NCBI GenBank assembly: GCA_050084515.1
Contig: CM114271.1
Span: forward strand, 33,790,001-33,854,000
DNA length: 64,000 bases
Source of the DNA: Blasia pusilla
Lineage: Eukaryota
Direction: 5' to 3'
Of this stretch, positions 1 to 11,516 are shown piece by piece. The translations under genes were made by a program, and so were the position numbers. The notes beneath the pieces are model-generated. The model had not been told where the DNA came from. It did not search any database and saw only the letters and a list, made by a program, of their open reading frames with translations. The first letter of the stretch is position 1; each line of letters begins with the position of its first letter.

Positions 1-398
1 TAGTAGCAATTTCAGTGTAGGAAAGTGCAATTAGTAAAGAAAAAGTTGTGCAATTTGCTTTCTACATGCCATTTTCGACTAGTTCTTTCATATAGTTGAT
101 CAATTTTGGAAAATTTCAGGACGATTTCTGTGTAAGAGTTATCTATGCTTCAATTGGAGCAGTAGAAGCATAAAATTATGTTTTTGTGAGAGATATCGTT
201 CGTCGTAGAATATTCCTCAACAACAATCACATGCGAGAAGCTAGATAAGCAGAATTACAATGTCTAGAAGTTTCGCATGAAACGATTTCTGATGGGTCAA
301 GAACGATGGGAGCTTGTCACAGGTGATGAGGCCAAGCCAGAAGGTAATGCAACAGACTTGAATGTTCGCGCTTGGAACAAACGCGCAAGGCAAGTAAT

Positions 399-2281
399 TG
401 TCAGATCTGAGTAGCCGATAGGCAGAGATCTATCGTGGATAGGACGTAGGAGCCAACCGACTATCTTGAGTGTAACTTTGTCCCATGGTGTCGGATCAGG
501 TTGAGGACAGGTCCATTGTGTCAGGAACGTCGTTTTTGACAACTTTCTTATTGAAGTCTTTCACAGCCGGGTGACTTGTTGACCAAGTCACCCGCTCTGT
601 TTGTTGGTTTGTTGTGCACGCAGGTTACCAAGGGGATAGCTATTTTTAGGGGAAGAGTATTTTGGCTTTTCCCAACCCTATATAAGAGAGGAAGATGACT
701 TTCCTAAGCCATCTTTCTCACGTTGGGCCGTTGGAGAACCTCTCTTGTATGTGTGTGAGATAGGACTAGGGTGCTAGCATCCGGATTCCTTGATAGCGCA
801 GGGTGGATGAGGCTCGATATGCCGATGTAGATTGAGGAGTGGAGTTTTAAGCCGGGTGTGCCACTTTTACCACTCTTTATTTTTACATGAGAAAGATGTG
901 AGGGGGTTGGTGGGAATTCGTTGTTTGCAGGTAGGCAAGCGAGTTGCCTCGGTGGGGATCCCGTGGAGACGCTGTTTGGCTTTCGTGTTTGTCATTTTTT
1001 TATGTTCGGAAGGCCGTGGGCAAAAGTGATGTCCGTTTTTCTCAGATTTTGCCGATGCACAAGGATTGGGGACAGTGGCAGAGTGTAGCACGGAGTGGGG
1101 CGGCGAGTGTATCGTCGAAAGGAGCGGGAGTGTCAGGAAAAAGCAGGAAGGAAAGGTCGCGGAGATGTTTAGGTCGCGGAGGCGGCCGGATGCCGAGCCG
1201 CACCAGGTGGTGGAAGGTACTATCACCACATAGATAAGAGTGATGTGGTAAGTTGGATGAACACGATCAGTCAAATCGGACATGGCAAGGGCGATGTGGT
1301 GACGAGGCTACCGGGTTAAGCAAGGTTGGAAATGCTTACGTACTTAGGAGAGCCTACGTGGTTGAGCGGGCTTGTACCAAGATTTTCAGAGTTGAGATTT
1401 TCCGAACATTATTTTCGGAGGACTGTAGTGATTTTGTCGGCGAGGTGGGTGAGCTACACCGACCGTTGACGACAGAGTGTTAGTATGCTGATGCCGATGA
1501 CTAGTCCGTATCTGTTGATGGGAGGATCGCAGTACTGTGGGGGGAGATGGATGTGCAGTGGAGGTTCCCAAGCACTCCATGCAGAAGGTTGATCAGCGGG
1601 AGTGATCAGGTTACCCATTCGAGTCCCTTTTCCCACACTAACGTGTGTGATTGAGAGTGCTGGGTATCGAGTAGTAGTTGGTGCTAGGTGGGTGCAGTGA
1701 TGGTGACGAGTGTAGAATCTTTTCATGTCTAGCATGTTGGTGGATATATGGCGGTTGCCGAGTAGGGGTCGCATGTATGACCCGAGAGAGTGTCGCTAGA
1801 TTAGGTGAGTTAGTTGGGAGGCTCATGGTGAGCCCGAGTGTTAAGTGTATGTGAGGCCGGGTGTGTCATCACGGGATTGACGTTAGCATAGGTGAGCTAG
1901 TGAGGAGTGTGGGAGACTCTCGATAAGTCTGAGTGTTGAGCGAGTGAGATAGGGTTGTCATCATGACGTTCTTCCAAGGTTTGAAAGAACATGGTAGTAG
2001 TGGTGTGACACGGAGTGGAGTGAGGTACCGAGGAATTATCAGTGAGGAGCTACCTCGAGATCCATCTGTGGCTAGATCGTTATCACTAGACATTGGGTCT
2101 GGTGACGAGATCGCACACGGAGACAGTATCACTTGGTTGGAGAGTTGTGTGATCTCCTTGTATACGTATGAGTTGATTTTTGTACATGTGTGGATCAACC
2201 CGTATGTGGGGAAGATCGATGTTGTGTGGTGTAGATGTGACCAACGATGTATATTGTGTAGCGAAATGTATGGGCACAACA
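399..2281 (+). mobile_element. Solo LTR (1883 bp) nested in Copia gag
   Basis: Starts TGTCAG and ends ACAACA, flanked by TAAT at 395-398 and 2282-2285. Removing it restores the gag frame (ARQV-IHYISITISSPMIGHIQD). TATA box CCTATATAAG near 677. No coding domains seen. Confidence 0.85.
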
Positions 2282-5200
2282 TAATCCACTACATTTCAAT
2301 AACAATCAGTTCCCCAATGATAGGTCACATTCAAGATGTTGATATTCCGAAGGAGGCCTGGGATGCATTGGAAAAGCTATTCCAGACATCTACATGTCAG
2401 AAAGCTTCAATTGAAACAAAAATTGAATGAAGTAAGGAAAGGATCGTAGAGCATCAATGATTATATTTTGAGTATCAGACATATTGTTCATCAGTTGAAT
2501 ACCATTGGAGTGACAGTAGAAGATGATGATTTGATTTTATTCACTCTTCAATGCCTTCCAAAGAATTAAAAGTCTTTTGAGACCTCTATCTGTGTGAGAG
2601 AGAAATATCCAACCTTTCAAGAGTTAGTTCCTTTCTTAATCAGTGAAGAGATGCGCCTAGTAGGCAACGGTAGCTCGTCTAGTCTGCAAGAGAGTACAAC
2701 AGGGTTATAAAGTGAACTTTAACGCAGATGGTTGTTTTATTGAAACAATGGATGACTAGACTACGATAGCCAAAGGAACTAGATCTGGCAGAATGTTCAA
2801 ATTAGATGTTTCTATGCGAGAGATTGAAACAACAATGTATGGTCAAACCGACCAACAAGTCATAGATCTAAATGCGTGGCATAAAAGAATTGAACATATG
2901 AATCTTCAAAGATTACAGAGTCTTTCATCATCTAATATAGTAATAGGACTCCCTAAATTAGCGAGTCCTGCTACGTCTGAGGTATGTCCCACTTGCCAAT
3001 TTGGAAAACAAGCTAGATTTTCTTTTCCAAAGCAAGATAGAAGAACATCCACGATATTTGAGTTGATCCACAATGATGTGTGGACAACATCACAACATAG
3101 CCTTAGTGGTTGCCAGTACTTTGTTTCATTTATTGATGACTTCTCTAGGTATATATGGGTATACTTTCTGAAAGCCAAGTCAGAGGTATTCTCTGTGTTC
3201 CAAACATTCAGAGTTATAGTAGAGAAGCAGACTGGAGAACACATTCTAAAATTGCCTTGTGATGGAGGAGGAGAGTATCTTTCAACAGAGTTTGATGACT
3301 ATTTACGTCAGAATGGCATCTAACGTCAAGTGACTTGCCGTTACACTCCACAACAAAATGGAGTGGTTGAGAGGAAGAATCGACATATTGTTGAAGCGAC
3401 ACGAGCTATGCTGAATGAGAAGAACATGCCTAAGGTATATTTGGCAGAGGCTATAGCATGTGCAGTCTTCTTAATCAACCGAACTCCAACAGCAGGAGTT
3501 CATGATAAAACTCCATTCGAAGTCTTCATAGGAAGTAAACCTGATTTTTCCTTCTTGAAAGTATTTGGTTGTATTTGTTATGCTCATATTCCTTTTGAGA
3601 GACATCAGAAATTAGACCCCAAGTCTGAAAGATGTATCTTCATTGGCTATGATAATGGAACTAAGGGATATAAGTGCTACATTCCATCCTCTAGGCAACT
3701 TATTATTAGTCGAGATGTTCTCTATGATGAGCTAAAGTCATGGTATGCTCCATCTGAGCCTATTCCACCTCTAAACTCGTCTGTTGAGGGGGAGAATATA
3801 ATTGTAAACCAACAGACATTATCTTCAACTCCCCCAAGTACTAGTGCAGGATTAGGAGAGGTCCTAGATTCATCAGTTAAATCTGTGAGTCCATGGACGG
3901 GAAGAGTACATATTCAGTCTGTTGACACTAATCAGAGCTCAAGTCAGATGTCAGAGGCATCTACCTCTAAACAATAACTTTGTAGATCAAATAGAGTTAC
4001 ACATCCAATTCATAGATTCATAAATGAAGGTTTCCTTGCGGCACATCATGCATACATGATGACTACCCTTCACGAATAGGAGCCAAGTTATTTTGAAGAA
4101 GCTGCAAGTAAAGTCGAATGGATTGAAGCTATGGAGGAAGAGCTTGCTGCATTAAGACATCAACAGACATGGAAGCTGGTTGATATATCTTCCGGTAAGG
4201 AAGCTATTGGTTGCAAATGGGTTTACAAAATCAAGCGCAATCAAGATGGTACAATTAATAGATACAAAGAGAGATTGATGGCTAAGGGCTATGCACAACA
4301 ATATAGTATCGATTATGAAGAAATATTTAGCTCAGTTGCAAAGATGGCGACTACGAGAATAGTGGTTGCAGTTGCAGTAAGTAAGAAGTGGCATTTTGGA
4401 CGTCCATTACATCACATGGACGTCCAAAATGCCTTCTTGAATGGAAATCTATACGAAGAAATATATATGACTCAACCATCTGGATACGAGCATCCTAAGT
4501 TTCCATTTCGTGTATGCAGGTTGAAGAAAGCTCTATACGGGCTCAAACAAGCTCCAAGAGCTTGGTATGGCAAGATTACATACGTCCTACAAGAGTTAGG
4601 TTTTAAGGTATGTGATTTTGACTCTTCGTTATATGTCTTAAGAGGACAAGATTATACGCTTCTCATTGTGTTGTATGTTGATAATCTCCTGATTATTGGG
4701 AGTATTGAAGAAATGGTACAACAAGTCAAGCTTAAGTTACAAGTAGAATTTGATATGAAGGACTTAGGAGAACTCAAGTACTTTCTTGGTATTGAGTTTA
4801 TCAAGGTTGGAAAAAGCATGTGGTTATTACAACGACAATAAGCTCTTCATATGCTTTCAAAATATGGTATGACGGCTTGTAAGCCAATCTCTACACCGTT
4901 GGACTAGAGCGTGAAGCTAAGATTGGATGAAGGAGAGATGCTTGCAGGTTCTAATATGTACAGCTGCATGGTTAGAAGTTTAATCTATCTAACTATAACC
5001 ATACCAAATTTGAGCTATGTTGTTGGCCTAGTGAGCCAATTTATGCAAGCACCTCAAAAACCTTACCTTGATGCTGTGAGGAGGATTATACGGTATGTGA
5101 ATTTCTCTATTCAATTTGAACCGAGTTTTCAATTACAAGGATTCATAGATGCTGATTGGGCAAGAAGCGTGTCTGATCGACACTCCGGATCTGGTTATTC

Positions 5201-5610
5201 ATTTATTTTGGGAAGCGCACCTATAAGTTGGATTTCAAAGAAGCAACCTACAGTTGCTTTCTCTTCAACAGAGGTTGAGTATAGAGGAGCAACCAATGCA
5301 ACATGTGAGGCAGTGTGGCTTCATCGATTACTTCTTAAGATTGTAACTTAGGACCTAGTATATTATATGTAGACAATATTAGTAGCATCAAGCTTGCTAA
5401 TAACCCTGTGTTTCATGCTCGTACAAAGCATGTTGAGGTGCACTATCATTTTATCAGAGAGAAAGTGCTTGCATGAGAAATTGATCTTATGTATATAGGT
5501 ACAGATCAGCAAATTATTGACATCTTTACAAAGGTATTATCTAAAGATAAGTTTGAAATGTTTAGAAATGATTCAGGCGTTAGAGATATCGATACGATCT
5601 TGAGGGGGAG

Positions 5611-5903
5611 TATTGAAGATTGAGTTACAATCAAGCTCATGAGACACCTGAATTGCTACATTTTGTACTTACTCAAAGAACGGAAGCTTAATCTTGGTTA
5701 GTCAGTTAAGCGGGATTAGATTAACTAGGGTTAGTTAATCATAGTTAGTCTAACTCGAGACTAAGGTTAGGGTTAGGGTTGGTTCTACATACCCTATATA
5801 ATTGAGAAGGGGACAAACCTCCACTCATTCTCTCATTGCAAATTTCGTTTTCCATGGTGGTGTGTGTGTGAGCCGTTTTTCCACCAGTTACGCTTGTTTA
5901 ACA
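5611..5903 (+). repeat. 3' LTR of the Copia element (~293 bp)
   Basis: Follows the PPT. Termini TATTGAA..TTTAACA match the canonical TGTTGAA..TTCAACA with one transition each. Internal CCTATATAA near 5793. Confidence 0.75.
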
Positions 5904-5954
5904 ATTTTCCTCACATGAGGCCTTTATTGTGGAATTTTCCACAATAAAGGCCTC

Positions 5955-7300
5955 TTTCTGAGGAAATACTAGCACATGGTGGCAATGTAGCAAAGGCAAC
6001 ATTGGCAACTGCGATAGAGGCCCAAGAAGCTTTGTACATGGAATTTTCTTCAAAGACTAGATTCTTGCATTATATAAAAGCGACTTGGCAACATAATGCA
6101 AGTAAATGCCCTATTTTCCTTGCATATATGCTATTCAATATTGATTGGCGTGAAAGTGAAACTAAAAATGTTGAACTATTGCTCATGTGGTGGTTTTGTA
6201 GGCATATGGGTAAAATACGTTTGAACATTCAATCATTCAAACATGGATACCAATGCGACAATTGAAGCCTATCACGCAAATATGAAAATGGTTCTCCTGG
6301 ACTTCGAGAGGAACAATCAGTTGGCAACTCAACGTTGTGATTGGTTGGTCAATGAGTTGATGGGGAAAGTGGAACCATTATACCACCAAATAAAATTTTT
6401 TAAAAATGATGATTTTTATGATAATAAACATGAGGAAAAAGCAATTCATGCTTAAGTGTTGAAAGGAAGATGGTTTCTTGATAGTGATTGTGACATCTCG
6501 TCTTCCATAATGGCTATGGTGAAAAGCCAAATGACGGCATGGATTCTATATGATGTATACAACTACCAATCATAATATTGTTTGTGCAATTGCCCTTGGA
6601 GTTGTAAGGGTAACATATATAAACATGAAGCAAAGTATTTCTTGATGTGTGGCTACGTTGCAGAGGATATTATCAGGGCACTAGGAACAAAGTAGGGAAC
6701 AATCTCAAGTGGGATGTGTGTTTTATTCATGGAGAAACTGAATCGACAGGTTGGGCATATGGACCTCGGATCACACTCAAAGATTGATGCTACTAATGAT
6801 TTATTATACCATGACTATGATTGCGTCAAAATATGTGGATCGGACAATGAAAACAAAGAAAATACATGGCCTATTTACAACAACCATACCGCGGTGACAA
6901 TTACAGAGGAGATGAAAAGAATGGAGGATTCCTTTGAAAAATGCATAATTGTCAAAATTATTCTCAAAATTTAGGAACAAATGTGCTGATGATAATGAAC
7001 TTCTATTTCTTGGTGTGAATTTAATGCAGGATTGTGTGGCTCAACTAGCAGAGGCTCAAAAAAATAAGCAGAGAGGAATGTCATCGATCCAAAAAATGCC
7101 ACTAGTAGACTATACTTAAGGGTTAGCTGGCTCGAGTAACTCTATTAAACAAACAACATCATTGGTTGAGCAATTGCATCAGAGAGCTATGAGAAATTCA
7201 TCACGAATTGATATTGCCCCAACGATAGTGGCCCAATATCCTATAGCGCCAAAATGCCACCCGACTTACCTTGCAAAAATAGTTGGAGCAAGAGCCAAGT
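5955..7300 (+). pseudogene. SWIM-zinc-finger Mutator-like transposase relic (3' half)
   Basis: FLHYIKATW, a GT-AG intron at ~6101-6201, MDTNATIEAYHANMK (catalytic-Glu region) and a SWIM-like CNCPWSCKGNIYKH at ~6585-6626. Multiple stops. Same family as the element at 58.5-61.5 kb. Confidence 0.7.
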
Positions 7301-8074
7301 GTTCAATGCATTGGAGACGAGACTCGAGATAATAGCAATATAGGCATTACCGATACCCATGAGTCAAGAATTTTAGTGTCACAAAAGCAGGAAACAAAAA
7401 TATGACCGCAAGCTATGCACTTTGAGTTCATAGTTGACATTAGTGATGCCATCATCCAAACCCGTGAAGACTGCTGAAGTACCACAATGAAATTCTTCTT
7501 TTGAAACATATAAAGGGGCAGGGAGTTTGTATTTTGAAACAAAATTTTCTATTATGTACCTTATAAGCCTGGACTGCCCAATTTTGTAGACATCTTCCGT
7601 TGTGCTTGAATGAATCTTGTGTTTGAGAAGTAGCCACTGCCGTGTTCCGGGGTTATTGCATGAATGTTTTGTCTTACATTATGGCACTAGCGAGCTTTGT
7701 ATTCACCTCTTCCAGAGTTGTTGCATGAATTTTGTCTCTTACAAGGATGCAGTGCACTGTTTTGCACAACCCTGCTCTAGTGTTATAACATCAAAGTTTA
7801 CCTTTAACATCCTTTAGTGGACAAAGTGTAAGCCTAATGCCTCTTGTTGCCTTTGTGTAGGTGTATGCATACGGAGGAATTGTGTGAAAGTATAAAGTGA
7901 CAAATATGCTCTGAAAAAAGAGCAATATATTAGGAAATCCGTCTCTACCTTTCTATATTTAGATTTTTTGCTATATATAATATAGAAATTTATCCAATCT
8001 CATTGAAATAAAGTCTCTTCCAATTCCAATTTCCATTATTTAATTTGTAGGTTGTGAGAGTTTGAATGCAATGT

Positions 8075-8605
8075 GATTTCCTTTATGGTAATATGGTGCG
8101 GGCTATGTCGGAAATATGCCAAATCTTAAGCTTTGGATAACTCATAGTTATAATCTGAGAGAATTTGTGACGTGTTTGGAATTGTGCAGAATTTTCTTGT
8201 TATTTTTGCGTGAATGTTTACTTGTTCTCGCTTTTATCTAGACATAAGACACCTAGGACAACTTAAAGCCATTAAGCCAACACACATTCATGCACCCATG
8301 AGAGAATTCCTTTATGGTAATGTGGTGCGGGTTATGTTGGGAATATGCCAATTATTGAAGCCTTTGGATCCCTTGAAACGACAACTGACATTTTGGTGGA
8401 CACTTTGAAAATGTGGTAGCGTTTTTGATAATTTGCCTACATACTATTGATGCACTTTGTTGTGAACGCGTTTGGGATTGTGTTGCATTCAGGATTTTTG
8501 TTGTGTGAATTTCTTGTTGCTTGTCACTATTGTGTAGACATCACAAAGTTAGGACAAATTAAAGCCATTAACACAACTAACAGTCATGCGCCTAGGAGAG
8601 AATTC
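8075..8605. repeat. Diverged tandem duplication, unit ~230-295 bp
   Basis: TTCCTTTATGGTAATRTGGTGCGGG at ~8078 and ~8307; TAGGACAAMTTAAAGCCATTAA..GAGAGAATTC at ~8253 and ~8550. Confidence 0.75.
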
Positions 8606-9964
8606 TTGGTGTCACATCATGAACACAAAGATAATACAAAGGGCCTACATGGCAATACGAAAGTGCAAGGGGGCAATATTTAACAAAATTATTTGTGACA
8701 GACCATACAAGAGTGTCTGTGATAGACCATACAAAGGCTAGAAAGCAAAGCAATAGAAAGCAATGCATAAAACTAATAAGTGCATGATGCCATGTGGGCA
8801 TATAGCTGCGGCTACAAAGCCCCAAAATTCCCTACAGTTCTTCCGAAATATGTGCATTGTGCTTGGTCTGGGCATTGTGACAGAGCATATCACTTTGCTT
8901 TTGATGAATGGTATTGTCATCTTCTATGGGTTGAAAGGCAGATGTGGAGCCACCTTTTAGAATACAATAACATCTCAATCACCTTTCAAGTTTGTTTAAG
9001 CTCCTTGAGATTTCTTCACAATTTTGCAAGCTCAGATAGTGGCTCCTTATCAAATATGGCGGTAACATCTTCATCTTTGGTAGCGTAAACATCAAATGCA
9101 ACAAGGTCTTGTATGACACGCATAGTGGATAGTACGATGTTATAAAGATTCAAAATACAAACATTCCTAAGATGGTAATCATCCTCTTCTTCACTCCATC
9201 CTAACAATCAATCACTTTCCCTTGGGTGAGGACAATATGTGCATCTTTTCCAAGATATCTAGTTCTCATATTTGGGTGGGATCTTAAAGGAGCGCTTATG
9301 ATTCCCGTTCCTTTCATCTCTGGAGAATGAAGTACCTCAATGGTAATAACCAAGGCTCGGGGACGTCACTTCCACGGAAGTGACCCATCACGTATGATAA
9401 AATATAGGGCTATTTTATTCCATATTAGAGAAAACTTATGAATTTTTATGGAAGGACTACAGCAATATTGTTTTTAGGAAACTACATTATAAGAAATATA
9501 GGCCAAACTTATTCAAGCTCTCGTTCATGGAAGATGTACATGGAAGTTAGTTATTATTTGACTTGAAATGAAGGTATACATGTGGCAACCCCTTATTGGT
9601 ACACGTGTCTCATGTGTAAGTAAAATATTCAAAATAATAATCATAAATAAATAACACCACCCTAATGGTTTTTTAAGTTTTAAATTAACTTAAATAATAA
9701 ATGAAACTTACATATTTTTATTAAAAAAAAACTAAAATTCAATCGATATCTAATTTATCTAAGGTGGCGAGAGCAAAGTCTAGTGAACTAAGGTTGTACC
9801 TAAATGAAGAGAGGCTAGAGCGTGAGAAAAAGTCCGAACGAAGCAAGAGAGAAGATAGAGCGGCAACGAAGAGAGAAGGGGTCCTGCGAGAGCTCAAGTT
9901 CAGGGCAAGTTTATAGACAAGAGAATTGCTCGAGTTTAGGGGCCAAAAGGCTTTGGCGGGATAG

Positions 9965-10145
9965 GCAAGGCAGGTTCAAGAAAGGGCGAGGGTGAGTAGG
10001 GTACACCTTGTTGAAATGGAAGCTCGGGAGTGGTGGCTTTGGTGGGTGAGGCAAGGCGGGTTCAGGAAAGGGTGAGTTGGGTACGAATTGCTGAAATTGA
10101 AGTTTGGGAGTGGCGGCTTTGGTGCGTGAGGCAAGGCATGTTCAA
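9965..10145. repeat. ~80-bp tandem repeat, 2+ copies
   Basis: GCAAGGC..GTTCA..AAAGGG..GGGTAC..TGAAAT.GAAG..GGGAGTGG.GGCTTTGGTG.GTGAG repeated. Confidence 0.8.
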
Positions 10146-10214
10146 ATGTGATGGCAGAGAGAGAGACATTAAAAGAGTGCCCTAGTTAGCAACTGCAACG
10201 ATTGAGTCAAGGTT

Positions 10215-10215
<1 letters not shown>

Positions 10216-10258
<43 letters not shown>
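10216..10258. repeat. (CT)n microsatellite
   Basis: Perfect CT run. Confidence 0.98.
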
Positions 10259-10262
<4 letters not shown>

Positions 10263-11250
10263 AATACACATGCTTAAGGAGTGCTGCCCAATTCTTTGTA
10301 TCTCACTCCTCTCTGTTCATAGCTTACCTCAACTCCCGTCTTCTGCCTTGCCCTAATCAGTTGATTATAGCCATCATATAACAATTTTGTGGCCTCTAAT
10401 ATGATTTCTTATATGTTGTGGTAGTTATTGGTTAAATGATAAAAAAATGTATGTTCTTGTGGCGATGTGTATGATCATGTCAACTATTAGTTGTAGTCAA
10501 GCAAGAGGAGATAGTTGTGGCCTGGTAGAGGGGTAATGTGTGTAGTTAGGGATGGAGAGGCGAAGAATGACCTATTGGCCTCATGTGGTGATCTTTGTGT
10601 AACGTTACCCTTTACTAGGTTTCTTGGGACTTTCCTAAAAGTTTCTTAGAGGTTCCTGATCTATTATTGATATGTTGTTTTGGTTGATATGACCAATGTG
10701 TATATGTCATCTTCTTGTATCCTTGGGGCTTGGGGAGGTGTATTCACCAAGGGGGAGAGACTTGGAGAGGCTTATCTTTCTACAAGGGAGCCTTCCAAGC
10801 ACAAGCTAGGGCAAGATGCTGTTGGTGGTGCTTTAGACTTGGATTCCTTCGCCTTGATGATGAGTTTGGCGTGATTATTTTTTAATGATTAGTGTATTTT
10901 ACAATTGATTTTCATTTTACTACCTTTGACGCAATGTCTTATATCATGTTTTGAGTTGGCATCTCCCTATGGGCCATTCAACTCATTTCTAACCTATCTC
11001 ACACCAACTTGAGGATGAGTAAGTGCATTGGGGTACGACTCATAGGTAAACAAATCATGGTTAGCCCTCCATGAAACACTAGTAAGGTGCACGAGAAATA
11101 AAAAAGTGTTTGAAGAAGTTTTGTTAATGCTACTCACAAATTCAAACTTTTTTTTTCCTCTAGAAAGAGAAATATTTCCTTGCAGATAAAAAAACCATGA
11201 CAATATAGAAGATAACCTCATATAACCACTATAAGACCCCATAGTGGGCA

Positions 11251-11377
11251 AACCCAGGTTGAGGTCTAAGGCGAACATGTGACAATCTAACTTCAGTAAG
11301 CTAACCCTGGTTGAGGTCCCAGGCGAACCCTCGGTGAACTAACTAACAGTAAGATGACCCTGGTCCGAGGTGAACCC
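11251..11377 (+). repeat. ~52-bp degenerate repeat (2.4 copies) in the PI31 proximal promoter
   Basis: AACCCWGGTTGAGGTC..AGGCGAAC..CTAACT..CAGTAAG at 11251 and 11303, with a partial third copy at ~11356. Confidence 0.7.
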
Positions 11378-11516
11378 GCAGCACAGATTCTGGAGAACCG
11401 AAAGGGTTTCATAGAGTTTTGGGCGAAGGGGAAAATCGGAATCGCACGAGGAACTTGAAGAAAGATCGCGATCTGCGAAACGAAACAGCGACAGAAACGA
11501 AGGAAAGAGGAAGAAC

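Larger units (their letters stand above)
1..5903 (+). mobile_element. Ty1/Copia LTR retrotransposon, decayed; 5' LTR outside the window
   Basis: gag N-terminus (EKLDKQNYNV*KFRMKRFLMGQERWELVTG, ~225-398) resumes at 2282 after an insertion. Integrase HHCC and DDE motifs (WHKRIEH..CPTCQFGK, FIDDFSR, YTPQQNGVVERKNR) at 2793-3977; RT (HMDVQNAFLNG, LYGLKQAPRAW, YVDNLL) at 4131-4841; RNase H (DADWA, SSTEVEY, HARTKH) to ~5590. PPT GAGGGGGAG at 5602-5610. Many stops; zinc knuckle and protease missing near 2695. Confidence 0.95.

Noticed and set aside
832-2282. ORFs on both strands inside the 399-2281 insertion
   Set aside because: They lie within a solo LTR and show no domain motifs. The C-terminus of ORF 1963-2430 is simply the resumed Copia gag.
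5765-5780. GGTTAGGGTTAGGGTT vertebrate-type telomere motif
   Set aside because: Only two units within an LTR U3; more likely telo-box-like or chance.
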